Notes under the pieces: generated by a model
Seen by the model: only the letters and a program-made list of their open reading frames with translations
Databases searched by the model: none
What the model was told of the DNA's origin: nothing
Part shown: in pieces, positions 9,756-18,797 of the stretch
Position numbering within the stretch: the first letter of the stretch is position 1
Layout of the letters: each line of letters begins with the position of its first letter
Program-made: the position numbers and the translations under genes
Source of the DNA: Nitriliruptoraceae bacterium
GTDB lineage: Bacteria > Actinomycetota > Nitriliruptoria > Nitriliruptorales > Nitriliruptoraceae
Reading direction: 5' to 3'
Assembly: GCA_041685505.1 (NCBI GenBank)
Contig: JAWLFQ010000003.1
Span: forward strand, 1,346-65,345
DNA: 64,000 nt

Positions 9756-10813
9756 GGGTACACCCCGATGGCGCTGAGCCCGAGGGTCTCCTCCTCGCCG
9801 AGCAGCAGGTTGGCGTTGTGCACCGCCTGCCCGGCTGCGCCCTTGCCGAGGTTGTCGATGGCGGCGGTGACGACCACCCGACGCGTGCGCGGGTCCACCA
9901 GCGCGCTCAGCTGGCAGCCGTTGGAACCGGCGAGCGCCTTGGTGTGGGGGAACACCCCCGGCGCCAGGACGTGGACGAAGGGTTCGTGGTCGTAGGCGGC
10001 GTGCAGGGCGTCCTGGACGTCGTCAGCGCCGACGCCGTCGTCGAGCAGGGCGTAGGCGGTGGTCAGCAGCCCACGGCTCATGGGGATCAGGTGTGGGGTG
10101 AAGGAGATCGGCGCCGGTGGCGCCAGTGGGTCGCTGTGCGGTGGGCGTGGCAGCCAGGCCTCGATCTCCCCGGTGTGGCGGTGGGTCGGCGCGCCGTAGG
10201 CGGTCACATCGCCGTGGACGTGGGCGAAGTGGAGGTTGTCCTTGGCTGCCCGTCCCGCCCCCGAGGTCCCGCTCTTGGCATCGATCACCACGGTCCCGGG
10301 CACCGCCAGTGGGGTCAGTGGCGCCAGCGCCAGCAGGCTCGCCGTGGGGTAGCAACCGGGGTTGGCGACCAGCCGTGCCCCAGCGATCGTCCGGCGGTGG
10401 AGCTCGGGGAGGCCGTAGGCCACGTCGTCGGCCGCGGTCGGGTCCCCGGCGGCGAGGTCCGCACGCGGGTGCGCCTCGCCGTACCAGGTGGCGAAGCCCT
10501 CGGCGCTGAGCCGGAAGGCCGCGGACAGGTCGATCACCGCGGTTCCGGCGTCGTAGAGCGCCGCACCGAGCTCCAGGGCGACCCCGTGCGGGGTTGCCAG
10601 GATGACGAGGTCGAGCGCGGCGAGGGTGTCCAGGTCGATCGGATCGAAGGTCCGCTCCCCCGCCAGGTTGGGGAACAGCGTGGCGACGGGCTGTCCCGCC
10701 TGCGAGTGGGCGGCCACCACCTCGACGTCGAGGGCCGGGTGGGACGCGGCCAGTCGCAGCAGTTCCGCGCCGCCGTACCCGGACGCGCCGACGACACCGA
10801 TGCGGTGGGACAC
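9752..10813 (-). CDS. argC: N-acetyl-gamma-glutamyl-phosphate reductase
   Basis: Last 353 codons of the 1109-aa track ORF, with GASGYGGAELLRL (NAD fold) and the PGCYPT active-site Cys. GTG at 10813 with GGAG 7 nt upstream. The upstream in-frame stretch is non-genic. Confidence 0.92.
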   Translation of the reverse strand: MSHRIGVVGASGYGGAELLRLAASHPALDVEVVAAHSQAGQPVATLFPNLAGERTFDPIDLDTLAALDLVILATPHGVALELGAALYDAGTAVIDLSAAFRLSAEGFATWYGEAHPRADLAAGDPTAADDVAYGLPELHRRTIAGARLVANPGCYPTASLLALAPLTPLAVPGTVVIDAKSGTSGAGRAAKDNLHFAHVHGDVTAYGAPTHRHTGEIEAWLPRPPHSDPLAPPAPISFTPHLIPMSRGLLTTAYALLDDGVGADDVQDALHAAYDHEPFVHVLAPGVFPHTKALAGSNGCQLSALVDPRTRRVVVTAAIDNLGKGAAGQAVHNANLLLGEEETLGLSAIGVYP

Positions 10814-10889
10814 GGGGCACTCCGATGGCTGGAAGGGGCGTTGACGGCGCACGGGGACGGGGTCCGTCCGCGCGGCGACGGCGCGCGGC

Positions 10890-10918
10890 ATGGTGCAGGA
10901 AACTGCAGGAACTTGCAA
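10890..10918 (-). promoter_or_regulatory. putative argC promoter overlapped by an ARG-box-like operator
   Basis: This is the only AT-richer patch in the argC/peptidase divergent region. The minus strand reads TTGCAA-17 nt-CACCAT. Three palindromic TGCA cores sit at 10894, 10904 and 10914, exactly 10 bp apart. TTTGCAAGTTCCTGCAGT matches about 10/14 defined positions of the generic ARG box TNTGNATWWWWATNCANW. Confidence 0.35.
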
Positions 10919-11020
10919 ACCGGTGCGTTGGTGCGAGGCTCTACCTTCGGGGCGTCCACGTCCGCAACCGCGCATCGGCCACGCGACACGATGCCGGCCG
11001 CAACGCACCCGGAGCACGCC

Positions 11021-13120
11021 ATGTCCGACCACCAGGGTCCCGCCCCCCGTACCACCGACGACCCCGGCGGCGATCCCGCCCACGAGGCGCTGGAGTCGAT
11101 GCTCTCCCGTCCACGGCTGGCCGGGCTGGCCGTCGCGCCCGACGCCACGCTGGCGGTGGTCGGTGTCGGCACACCTGCGCCCGAGGGCACGCGCATGCGC
11201 ACCGCCCTGTGGGCCCTGGACCCCGCCGGCGTCGCCGACGCGCGCCGGCTGACCCGCTCCGCGGCTGGCGAGTCCTCCGCCACCTTCCTGGCTGACGGTG
11301 ACCTGCTGTTCACCTCCGCCCGACCCGACCCGGACGCCGCACAGGCACCCGACGGTCCGCCCTCGGCGTTGTGGCGCCTGCCCCGCGCCGGGGGCGAGCC
11401 CGAGCTGCTGGTCGCTCCCGACGGCGGTGTGCGGGGGGTGTGGGCCGCGGCCGAGGCACCGGTGGTGCTCTTCGCCGCCGAGGTCCACCCCGGGGCTGAG
11501 GACCTGGCCGCCGACGCCGCGCAGGCCCGTGCGCGCGCCGATGCCGGGGTGACCGCGCAGCTGCACGGCCGGGGCACCTACCCCGTGGTGCACTGGGACC
11601 GGTGGCTGGGCCCCCGCGAGCCCGGCTTGTGGGTGCTCGATCTGCGTGACGGGGTGTCCGAGGAGGATGCCCTGCGCCTGCTGGCGCGGGGGCCGGCCCT
11701 GCGCGACGCGGAGGTGGCCATCACCCCCGACGGTGCCACCGCGGTCACCACCTGGTCCCGCACGGCATCGCGTCAGCTGCCCGACGATCTGGTCACCGAC
11801 CTGGTCGCCATCGAGGTGGCGTCCGGCGAGCGGCGCGTGCTCGCCGAGGACGGCCGCGCCTTCGGTGCGCCGGCGATCGCGCCCGACGGACAGCGCGTGG
11901 TGTGCACCGCACAGGACCTCGGGGCACCCGACCGGGTCACCGACCGCACGCTGGTGCTGGTGTCGCTGGTGGCACAGGCCAGGCCCGAGGACCTCACCCC
12001 CGACCTCGACCGGTGGCCCGATGCGCCCCGGTGGACCCCCGACGGTGCGGCGGTGCTGTTCGTCACCGACGACGAGGGCCACCGCAGCGTCCACCGCGTC
12101 GAGGCCGAGGCGCACACCGGCGCCCAGGGCGTGCCCCAGCGCACGGTGACCCGCCTGACCGATCAGGGCGCCTACAGCGAGTTGTGCCTGCCCGCCGACG
12201 GCGCGGTCTACGCCCTGCGTGCCGAGGTGGGGGCGGCGCCACGTCCGGTGCGCTTCGATCCCGCCGGACCGGCCGGCGACGAGGTGGTGCTGCCCAGCCC
12301 CGTCGGCGCCGATCCCGACCACACCCGCGTGGAGCGCCGCACCACCGTCGCCACGGACGGGACGACGATCGGCTCGTGGCTGGTCCTGCCCGACACGGCC
12401 GCCGCGGACGCGCCCGTGCCACTGGTGGTGCTCATCCACGGCGGGCCCCTGAGCTCGTGGAACGGCTGGCACTGGCGCTGGAACCCCCACGTGCTCGCAG
12501 CCGCGGGCTACGCGGTGCTGCTGCCCGACCCCGCCCTGTCCACCGGCTACGGGCAGGACTGGATCGCCCGGGGTTGGGGCAGGTGGGGATCGGCGCCCTA
12601 CACCGACGTCATGGCCACCGTGGAGGACGCCGCGGCTCGCGACGACATCGATGCCGACCGGGTCGCGGCCGCCGGTGGCTCCTTCGGCGGCTACATGGCC
12701 AACTGGATCGCCGGCCACACCGATCGGTTCCGGGCGATCGTCACCCACGCCTCGTTGTGGTCCTTGCGGGCCTTCCACGGCACCACGGATCTGGGCCTGT
12801 TCTGGGAGCGCGAGTTCGGCGATCCCTACGTGGACGACCGGCGCTACCGCGAGAACTCCCCCGATGTGCACGTCGCAGCGATCACCACGCCCATGCTGGT
12901 GATCCACGGCGAGCGGGACCTGCGGGTGCCGATCAGCGAGGGACTGACGCTGTGGACCGACCTGATCCGCCACGGTGTCGACGCACGCCTGCTGTACTTC
13001 CCCGACGAGAACCACTGGGTCCTCACGCCGCAGCACGCCAGGCTGTGGTACCAGACCGTGCTCGCCTTCCTGCGCGAGCACCTCGAGGGCCGGCCCTTCG
13101 AGCGTCCCGAGCTGCTGTGA
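11021..13120 (+). CDS. S9 family serine peptidase (prolyl oligopeptidase / dipeptidyl aminopeptidase-like, beta-propeller + alpha/beta hydrolase)
   Basis: 3' portion of the 1100-aa track ORF with GGSFGGYMANW nucleophile elbow, IHGERDLRVP (Asp) and DENHW (His). The ATG at 11021 has GGAG 6 nt upstream; the in-frame ATG at 10991 lacks an SD. Confidence 0.85.
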   Translation: MSDHQGPAPRTTDDPGGDPAHEALESMLSRPRLAGLAVAPDATLAVVGVGTPAPEGTRMRTALWALDPAGVADARRLTRSAAGESSATFLADGDLLFTSARPDPDAAQAPDGPPSALWRLPRAGGEPELLVAPDGGVRGVWAAAEAPVVLFAAEVHPGAEDLAADAAQARARADAGVTAQLHGRGTYPVVHWDRWLGPREPGLWVLDLRDGVSEEDALRLLARGPALRDAEVAITPDGATAVTTWSRTASRQLPDDLVTDLVAIEVASGERRVLAEDGRAFGAPAIAPDGQRVVCTAQDLGAPDRVTDRTLVLVSLVAQARPEDLTPDLDRWPDAPRWTPDGAAVLFVTDDEGHRSVHRVEAEAHTGAQGVPQRTVTRLTDQGAYSELCLPADGAVYALRAEVGAAPRPVRFDPAGPAGDEVVLPSPVGADPDHTRVERRTTVATDGTTIGSWLVLPDTAAADAPVPLVVLIHGGPLSSWNGWHWRWNPHVLAAAGYAVLLPDPALSTGYGQDWIARGWGRWGSAPYTDVMATVEDAAARDDIDADRVAAAGGSFGGYMANWIAGHTDRFRAIVTHASLWSLRAFHGTTDLGLFWEREFGDPYVDDRRYRENSPDVHVAAITTPMLVIHGERDLRVPISEGLTLWTDLIRHGVDARLLYFPDENHWVLTPQHARLWYQTVLAFLREHLEGRPFERPELL

Positions 13121-13138
13121 TCAGCCGGTGCGGGGGTC

Positions 13139-13561
13139 TCAGCCACCCGGCGGCTTGCGCAACCGTTTGATCTCACCGCGGTGCTTCTTGGCACGCAGGC
13201 GGCGCTCCTTCGCGCCACGCGTCGGGCGGGTCCGCCGCCGCTGCCGCGGCGGCTCGAGCGCTTCACCGACGATCGCGCGGAAGCGGGCCTTGACGGCGTC
13301 GCGGTTGCGCTGCTGGCTCTTGTGCTCCGAACCGGTCAGGATCAGCACACCGTCCCGGGTCAGCCGCGAGGACAGGCGCTCCAGCAGCCGTGCGCGCTGC
13401 GCATCGGACAGCGCCGCGGAGGTGGTCACGTTCCAGCGCAACTCCACCTTCGAGTCGGTGGTGTTCACGCTCTGCCCGCCGGGCCCGCCGGAGCGGGCCG
13501 CACGCACCTCGAGCTCGGTCTCCGGGACGGAGACGCCGTAGGGCAGACGCAAGGTGGACAT
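13139..13561 (-). CDS. arfB: alternative ribosome-rescue factor ArfB (peptidyl-tRNA hydrolase, RF-1 domain)
   Basis: Trimmed to the internal ATG (MSTLRLPYG...). About 140 aa with the SGGPGGQSVNTTDSKVEL GGQ motif and a basic C-terminal tail (KERRLRAKKHRGEIKRLR). Confidence 0.85.
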   Translation of the reverse strand: MSTLRLPYGVSVPETELEVRAARSGGPGGQSVNTTDSKVELRWNVTTSAALSDAQRARLLERLSSRLTRDGVLILTGSEHKSQQRNRDAVKARFRAIVGEALEPPRQRRRTRPTRGAKERRLRAKKHRGEIKRLRKPPGG

Positions 13562-13602
13562 GGCCGCGAGGGTAAACCCGACCGTGCCCGCGCCGCCGCG
13601 GA

Positions 13603-16113
13603 TCAGCGGCGCAGGGTCGCGCCGATGGCCTCGGCAGCCTCGGCGACCGCGGTGATGACCGCCTCGGCATCCGCGTCGGTGAGTTGCCGCTCGGGGTCCT
13701 GGAGACGCAGACGCATCGCCACCGACCGCCGCCCCTCGCCCACCTGCGCACCGCGGTACTCGTCGAACCACCACAGCTCGTCGAGCAGCGGCCCGACCGC
13801 GTCGCGGACGCAGCGTTCCAGCTGCGCGTAGGGCACCTCGTCGGCCGCGATCAGGGCGACGTCGACGGTCATCGCGGGGTGTCGCACCAGCGTCCGCGCC
13901 GCCACCGGCGGGTAGCCCTGGGTGGGCATCACCGCCAGGAAGGGCTCGAGCAGCAGCTCACCCACCACCACGGGCTCGGGCAGGTCACGACGCTCGGCTT
14001 CGCTGGGGTGCAGCTGACCGACGACCCCGATCTCCTGACCGCGCAGCCGGAGCGCGGCGGTCCGACCGGGGTGGAAGCCCTCGCGCTCCACGGCCGCACG
14101 CTCGAGCCGCCAGGTGGGATCGTCCGGCGGTGCCAGCCGGCGCGCGACACGGTCGAGGACGTCGAGCAGGTCCCACACCGACCACGTGTCGTCGACGTCC
14201 AGCCAGCCCTCACCGAGCTTGCGACCCTGGGCCGCCAGCGCCACCACCCGCGGTTGCAGCGGGATCGGCGCACCGTGCGGATCGCTCCAGCGCCACCCGG
14301 CGCCCACGACCGTGTCCACCGCAGCGCCGAGTGGGTCGTCCACGGGCCGGAAGCACCGTCCGAGCTCCGCCAGCGCCACCCCGGGGCGGCCCTGGCCGTG
14401 GTTGCGTCTGAGCGCCTGGACCAGGCCCTCCAACAGGGAGGGCCGCATCGCCGCGGCGTCCCGGGCGAGGGGGTTGGCCAGCAGCACGCGGCCCTGGGAG
14501 GGCAGCACGCCGGCCAGGGCCGAGTCACCGACGAAGGGACGGGTACGGGCCTCGTGGAACCCGGCGGCCAGCGCCAGGTCGCGGGCCTCGCGTTCGGCCC
14601 GCTGTGGGGCGGTGAGCCCGCCGGTGGTCGGCAGCGCCGGGAGGTGGTCGGGGATGTTGTCGTAGCCGTGGAGCCGGGCGATCTCCTCGGTGAGATCGGC
14701 GGGGCGTGCCAGATCACGGCGCCAGGTCGGTGGTGTGACCACCAGCGTGCCCTGCTCCCCGTCCGCGCCGCCGGGCGCGACCTGCGCACCCGCACGCGCC
14801 AACAGCTGCTGCTGGTCGTCGTCGCTGAGGTCGATGGCCAGGGTCGCACGCACACGCTGCGGGTCCAGACGCACCGAGGGTCGCGTCGCCCAGGCGGGCG
14901 TCGGTGCGGTGGCCACGGCGTCGCTGCCCACGACCCGCGCACCCGACAGCCGCGCCAGCAGGCCAGCTGCCCGGGCCACGGCCCGCGCGGCACCCTCCGG
15001 ATCCACGGCCCGCTCGAACCGCTGGCTGGCCTCGGAGGTCAACCCGAGCCGGCGCGAGGTCCGACGGATCCTGGCGGGCTCCCACACCGCGGCCTCCAGC
15101 AGCACGCGACGGGTGGTGGACGCCACCTCGGTGTCCAGCCCACCCATCACCCCGGCGAGGCTGATCGCGTGGTCCACGTCATCGATGACCAGGTCCCCGG
15201 CCTCCAGCCGGCGCTCGACGTCGTCGAGGGTGACCAGCCGCTCACCGTCGACGGCGTCACGCACCCGCAGCGACGGCCCCCCGATCCGATCGAGGTCGAA
15301 GGCGTGCAACGGCTGGCCGAGCTCGAGCATCACCAGGTTGGTGACGTCCACCGCGACGTCGATCGGCCGCATGCCGGACTGGGTCAGCCGTTGGCGCAGC
15401 CACAGCGGGGAACCGCCGATGGCCACCTCCTCCAGCGCCCAGGTGTGGAAGGACGCGCACCCGTCGGTGTCGAGGGTCACCGGCACCGACGGTCCGTTCG
15501 GCGGCGTGGGGACCTCGGGGGCGTGCCAGCTCGTGTCCAGGATCGCGGCCAGATCGCGGGCCACCCCGAGCACGGAGAGGTGGTCCCCGCGGTCAGCCTG
15601 TACCGCGATCTCGATGACCGGCTCACCCACCGGGATGAGGTCATCGAGCGCAGCACCGAGGGGGGTGTCGTCGGGCAGCACCATGATCCCGCTGGCGTCC
15701 TCGCCGATCTCGAGCTCCCTGGGCGAGGCGAGCATCCCGTGGGAGGTGACCCCACGGATCTTGCGTGACGACAGGGTCAGACCCCGGGTCCCGTCGGGAC
15801 CGGTCACGCCCGGTACGTGCCCCCCGGGCAGCGCGTGGGCGACGACGTCACCGACCTCGAAGTTGTCGGCGCCGCACACCACCTCGACCTCACCCTCACC
15901 ACCGTCGCCGGTGACCCGCACGAAGCGCAGCTTGTCGGCGTCCGGATGGGGCTCGTGGTGCAGCACCCGCGCGGTACGGATACCCGCGGCACCGGCACCG
16001 GGGGTCGTGACGTCCTCGACCTCGAGACCGGACAGGCTCATCACGTCGACGAGCTCGTCGACGGGCAGATCGAGGTCGACCAGCTCGTGCAGCCAGGACA
16101 GGGGCAGCTTCAC
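13603..16113 (-). CDS. pheT: phenylalanine--tRNA ligase beta subunit
   Basis: 836-aa ORF. The N-terminus MKLPLSWL.. is typical of PheT, with tRNA-binding, B3/4, B5 and FDX-ACB regions. GTG start with GGAGGA SD. Confidence 0.95.
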   Translation of the reverse strand: MKLPLSWLHELVDLDLPVDELVDVMSLSGLEVEDVTTPGAGAAGIRTARVLHHEPHPDADKLRFVRVTGDGGEGEVEVVCGADNFEVGDVVAHALPGGHVPGVTGPDGTRGLTLSSRKIRGVTSHGMLASPRELEIGEDASGIMVLPDDTPLGAALDDLIPVGEPVIEIAVQADRGDHLSVLGVARDLAAILDTSWHAPEVPTPPNGPSVPVTLDTDGCASFHTWALEEVAIGGSPLWLRQRLTQSGMRPIDVAVDVTNLVMLELGQPLHAFDLDRIGGPSLRVRDAVDGERLVTLDDVERRLEAGDLVIDDVDHAISLAGVMGGLDTEVASTTRRVLLEAAVWEPARIRRTSRRLGLTSEASQRFERAVDPEGAARAVARAAGLLARLSGARVVGSDAVATAPTPAWATRPSVRLDPQRVRATLAIDLSDDDQQQLLARAGAQVAPGGADGEQGTLVVTPPTWRRDLARPADLTEEIARLHGYDNIPDHLPALPTTGGLTAPQRAEREARDLALAAGFHEARTRPFVGDSALAGVLPSQGRVLLANPLARDAAAMRPSLLEGLVQALRRNHGQGRPGVALAELGRCFRPVDDPLGAAVDTVVGAGWRWSDPHGAPIPLQPRVVALAAQGRKLGEGWLDVDDTWSVWDLLDVLDRVARRLAPPDDPTWRLERAAVEREGFHPGRTAALRLRGQEIGVVGQLHPSEAERRDLPEPVVVGELLLEPFLAVMPTQGYPPVAARTLVRHPAMTVDVALIAADEVPYAQLERCVRDAVGPLLDELWWFDEYRGAQVGEGRRSVAMRLRLQDPERQLTDADAEAVITAVAEAAEAIGATLRR

Positions 16114-16158
16114 GTCGGATCCTCCACGGAGGCGGGACGGGTGGTGCGTGGTGCCGGA

Positions 16159-17160
16159 TCAGAAGCGGGTGAGGAACCGGGCGTCGGCCTCGAACAGCTC
16201 CCGGATGTCGCCGATGCGGTGGCGCAGCATCGCCACCCGCTCGATCCCGATCCCGAAGGCGAACCCCGAGTAGCGCTCCGGGTCGATGCCACACAGCGAC
16301 AGCACGTTGGGATCCACCATGCCGGCACCGAGGATCTCCAACCACCCGTGGTTGCCCCCGGGACCGTCGAAGGACACGTCCACCTCGGCGGACGGCTCGG
16401 TGAAGGGGAAGAAGGAGGGCCGGAGCCGGATCTGACGGTCGGCACCGAACATCGCCCGGGCGAAGGCCAGCAGGGTCCCACGCAGATCGGCCATGGTGAC
16501 GTGCTCGGCGACGTAGAGGCCCTCCACCTGGCTGAACACCGGCGAGTGGGTGGCGTCCACGGCGTCGGCCCGGTAGGTGCGTCCGGGGACCACCACGGCG
16601 ATCGGCGGGGCCTGGGTGGTCATCACCCGGGCCTGGACCGGCGAGGTGTGGGTGCGCAGGACCACGTCGTCGAAGCCGTCGACGTAGATCGTGTCCATCT
16701 CCTGGCGGGCGGGATGGTCCGGTTCGATGTTGAGCAGATCGAAGTTGTAGGCCCCGGACTCCGCCTCCGGCCCCTCGGCGACGCGGAAGCCCATGCCGAT
16801 GAAGATGTCGAGCATCTCCTCCTCGACCTGGGTGAGCACGTGCGGCCGACCGGGGGGTACACGCCGTGGTGGCAGGGTGAGGTCGAGCCGCTCGGCCTCG
16901 AGCCGGCGGGCCAGCGCCGCCTCGGCGAGCGCCACCTTGCGGGCGTCGAAGGCCGCCTGGAACCGCGTGCGGAAGGCGTTGAGCTGCTGGCCCAGCGCCT
17001 TGCGCTCGTCGGGCGTGAGCTCGCGCATCGAGCCCTGGATGCCCGCCAGCTCCGAGCGCTTGCCCGTGAAGGTGACCCGCACCTGATCGAGGGCGTCGAG
17101 GTCCTCGGCGGCGGCGATGGCCTCCAGCGCGCGCGGTTCGAGGTCGTCGAGCGTGCTCAC
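16159..17160 (-). CDS. pheS: phenylalanine--tRNA ligase alpha subunit
   Basis: Class II aaRS motifs (FRxE-type HPARQEMDT, GRTYRAD, GFAFGIGIERVAML). GTG at 17160 with GGAAGG 7 nt upstream. The track ORF extends upstream into trmH sequence. Confidence 0.93.
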   Translation of the reverse strand: MSTLDDLEPRALEAIAAAEDLDALDQVRVTFTGKRSELAGIQGSMRELTPDERKALGQQLNAFRTRFQAAFDARKVALAEAALARRLEAERLDLTLPPRRVPPGRPHVLTQVEEEMLDIFIGMGFRVAEGPEAESGAYNFDLLNIEPDHPARQEMDTIYVDGFDDVVLRTHTSPVQARVMTTQAPPIAVVVPGRTYRADAVDATHSPVFSQVEGLYVAEHVTMADLRGTLLAFARAMFGADRQIRLRPSFFPFTEPSAEVDVSFDGPGGNHGWLEILGAGMVDPNVLSLCGIDPERYSGFAFGIGIERVAMLRHRIGDIRELFEADARFLTRF

Positions 17161-17957
17161 GATGCGCCTTCCTGATCGGCGGGAGGGTCGGACCGCTCGG
17201 CGTCCGCAGCGGTCCGCGGTGCGACGGGGTCCTCGGACCGCGCAGGGTAGACGGCGGCGTGGATCGCGATGGCCGCGGCCGCAGCCACGTTCAGCGACTC
17301 GGCCCGGGGGTGCAGTGGGATGGCCACCCGCAGGTCCAGCAGCGCCGAGGTCGCCGGATCGAGACCGTGGGCCTCGTTGCCGCACACCACCACCACCCGA
17401 CCCCCGGCTGACGCCAGCGCGGCCAGGCCGTCCTCGGCCCGGGCCTCCAGTCCGGCCAGGCGTCGACCGGTGCGGCGGGCGAAGGCGGCGAGCTGCTCGG
17501 CGGTGACCCCGGCGACCACGGGGAGGTGGTAGATGGACCCGACCGCGGCCCGCAGGGTCTTGGGGGCGTAGACGTCGACGCTGCCACGGGTCAGCACCAC
17601 ACCGGCGGCACCGAGGGCGTCGGCGGTCCGCAGGATCGTGCCGGCGTTGCCGGGGTCTGCCACCTGATCGAGCACCACGACCACGCCCGCACCGATGTCG
17701 TCGAGGGTGGCCGAGGGCGTGCGGGCCACGGCCACGACACCCTGGGGCGTGGTCGCATCGGCGAGGTGGGCGAGCACCGCGGCGCTCACCCGCTGGACGG
17801 GCAGGACCGTGATCGGTGCGGCGGTGTCCTCGTCGACGTAGAGCTGTTCCACCACGCCGGCGGCCAGGGCCTCGGCGACGGCGCGCGGCCCCTCGACGAG
17901 GTGTCGGCCGGTCTCGCGCCGTACGCGACCACGATGTAACCCCCGCGCCGCCTGCAC
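17157..17957 (-). CDS. TrmH/SpoU-family RNA 2'-O-methyltransferase
   Basis: 266-aa ORF with SpoU motifs (LDQVADPGNAGTILRTA, VVCGNEAHGL, IPLHPRAESLNVAAAAAI). The stop overlaps the pheS GTG. The true start may lie upstream of 17957 (see findings). Confidence 0.8.
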   Translation of the reverse strand: MQAARGLHRGRVRRETGRHLVEGPRAVAEALAAGVVEQLYVDEDTAAPITVLPVQRVSAAVLAHLADATTPQGVVAVARTPSATLDDIGAGVVVVLDQVADPGNAGTILRTADALGAAGVVLTRGSVDVYAPKTLRAAVGSIYHLPVVAGVTAEQLAAFARRTGRRLAGLEARAEDGLAALASAGGRVVVVCGNEAHGLDPATSALLDLRVAIPLHPRAESLNVAAAAAIAIHAAVYPARSEDPVAPRTAADAERSDPPADQEGAS

Positions 17958-18018
17958 GCGGGGGTTGCGGATGGAGGTGAGCGTGGCTGCCGTGGCGGCC
18001 CCGATCAGGTGGTGACGA

Positions 18019-18387
18019 TCAGGCGGCGTCCACCTCGAGGGCGGCCTTCGCCTGGGTGACCAGGGCCGCGAAGGCCGCCTGGTCGTGGACGGCGAGGTCG
18101 GCGAGGTTCTTGCGGTCGACCTCGACCTCTGCGAGCTTGAGACCGTGCATCAGCCGGCTGTAGCTGAGGCCCTCCTGGCGGGCGGCGGCGTTGATGCGCG
18201 CGATCCACAACCGCCGGAAGTCGCCCTTGCGCGCACGCCGGTCGGCGTACTGGTACCGGCCGGCGTGGTCGACGGCCTCCTTGGCCACCTTGAACCGGCG
18301 GCTGCGTGCGCCCCGGTAGCCCTTGGCGCGGTCCATGACCGCCTTGTGGCCCTTCTTGGCGTGGACGCCACCCTTGACGCGTGCCAT
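18019..18387 (-). CDS. rplT: 50S ribosomal protein L20
   Basis: Trimmed to [15 protein letters not shown].. (122 aa). AAGGAG SD upstream. Confidence 0.95.
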   Translation of the reverse strand: MARVKGGVHAKKGHKAVMDRAKGYRGARSRRFKVAKEAVDHAGRYQYADRRARKGDFRRLWIARINAAARQEGLSYSRLMHGLKLAEVEVDRKNLADLAVHDQAAFAALVTQAKAALEVDAA

Positions 18388-18499
18388 CGTTGCTCTCCTT
18401 CGCTGTCGCGCGCCGGTCGTGGTACGGGAGCGGACCGGCTGGACGCCGCACCGGTCCGACCGGAGGGCGGTTGGCACCGGCGGTGGCCGGTGCGGGTGC

Positions 18500-18694
18500 T
18501 CACTGGTTGAGCAGCTTCTTGATCTTCCTGGCGTCCGGGGCGGCGACCTCGCTCTGCCCGTTCAGTCGCCGCTTGCGGCGGCTGCTCTTGTGCTCCAGCA
18601 GGTGGGCACGGTTCTTCTGCTGCGCCATCACCTTGCCGTTCCGTGTGACGCGGAAGCGCTTCTTCGCGCCGCTGTGGGTCTTCTGCTTCGGCAT
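18500..18694 (-). CDS. rpmI: 50S ribosomal protein L35
   Basis: Trimmed to [17 protein letters not shown].. (64 aa). Confidence 0.95.
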   Translation of the reverse strand: MPKQKTHSGAKKRFRVTRNGKVMAQQKNRAHLLEHKSSRRKRRLNGQSEVAAPDARKIKKLLNQ

Positions 18695-18797
18695 GGGGGT
18701 TCCCTCGTGATCACAGGGGTCGACAGGGTCGACACGGTCGTACCGCGGCACGCCGTGGGGCGCCGGACGGCCACCCACCTCACGCGCCGGATCGTTG

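Noticed and set aside
10814-13081. N-terminal extension of the argC ORF to 1109 aa. Analogous extensions affect pheS (to 17385), argB (to 9459), murB (to 58894), murC (to 60201), murG (to 60869), murD (to 63870), ftsQ (to 57452), sepF (to 53910), lspA (to 47568), dnaE (to 44708), ileS (from 47139) and the S9 peptidase (from 9818).
   Set aside because: The extra residues overlap the upstream gene or intergenic DNA and have no homology. Internal GTG/ATG codons with proper SD spacing reproduce canonical N-termini. These are not fusion proteins.
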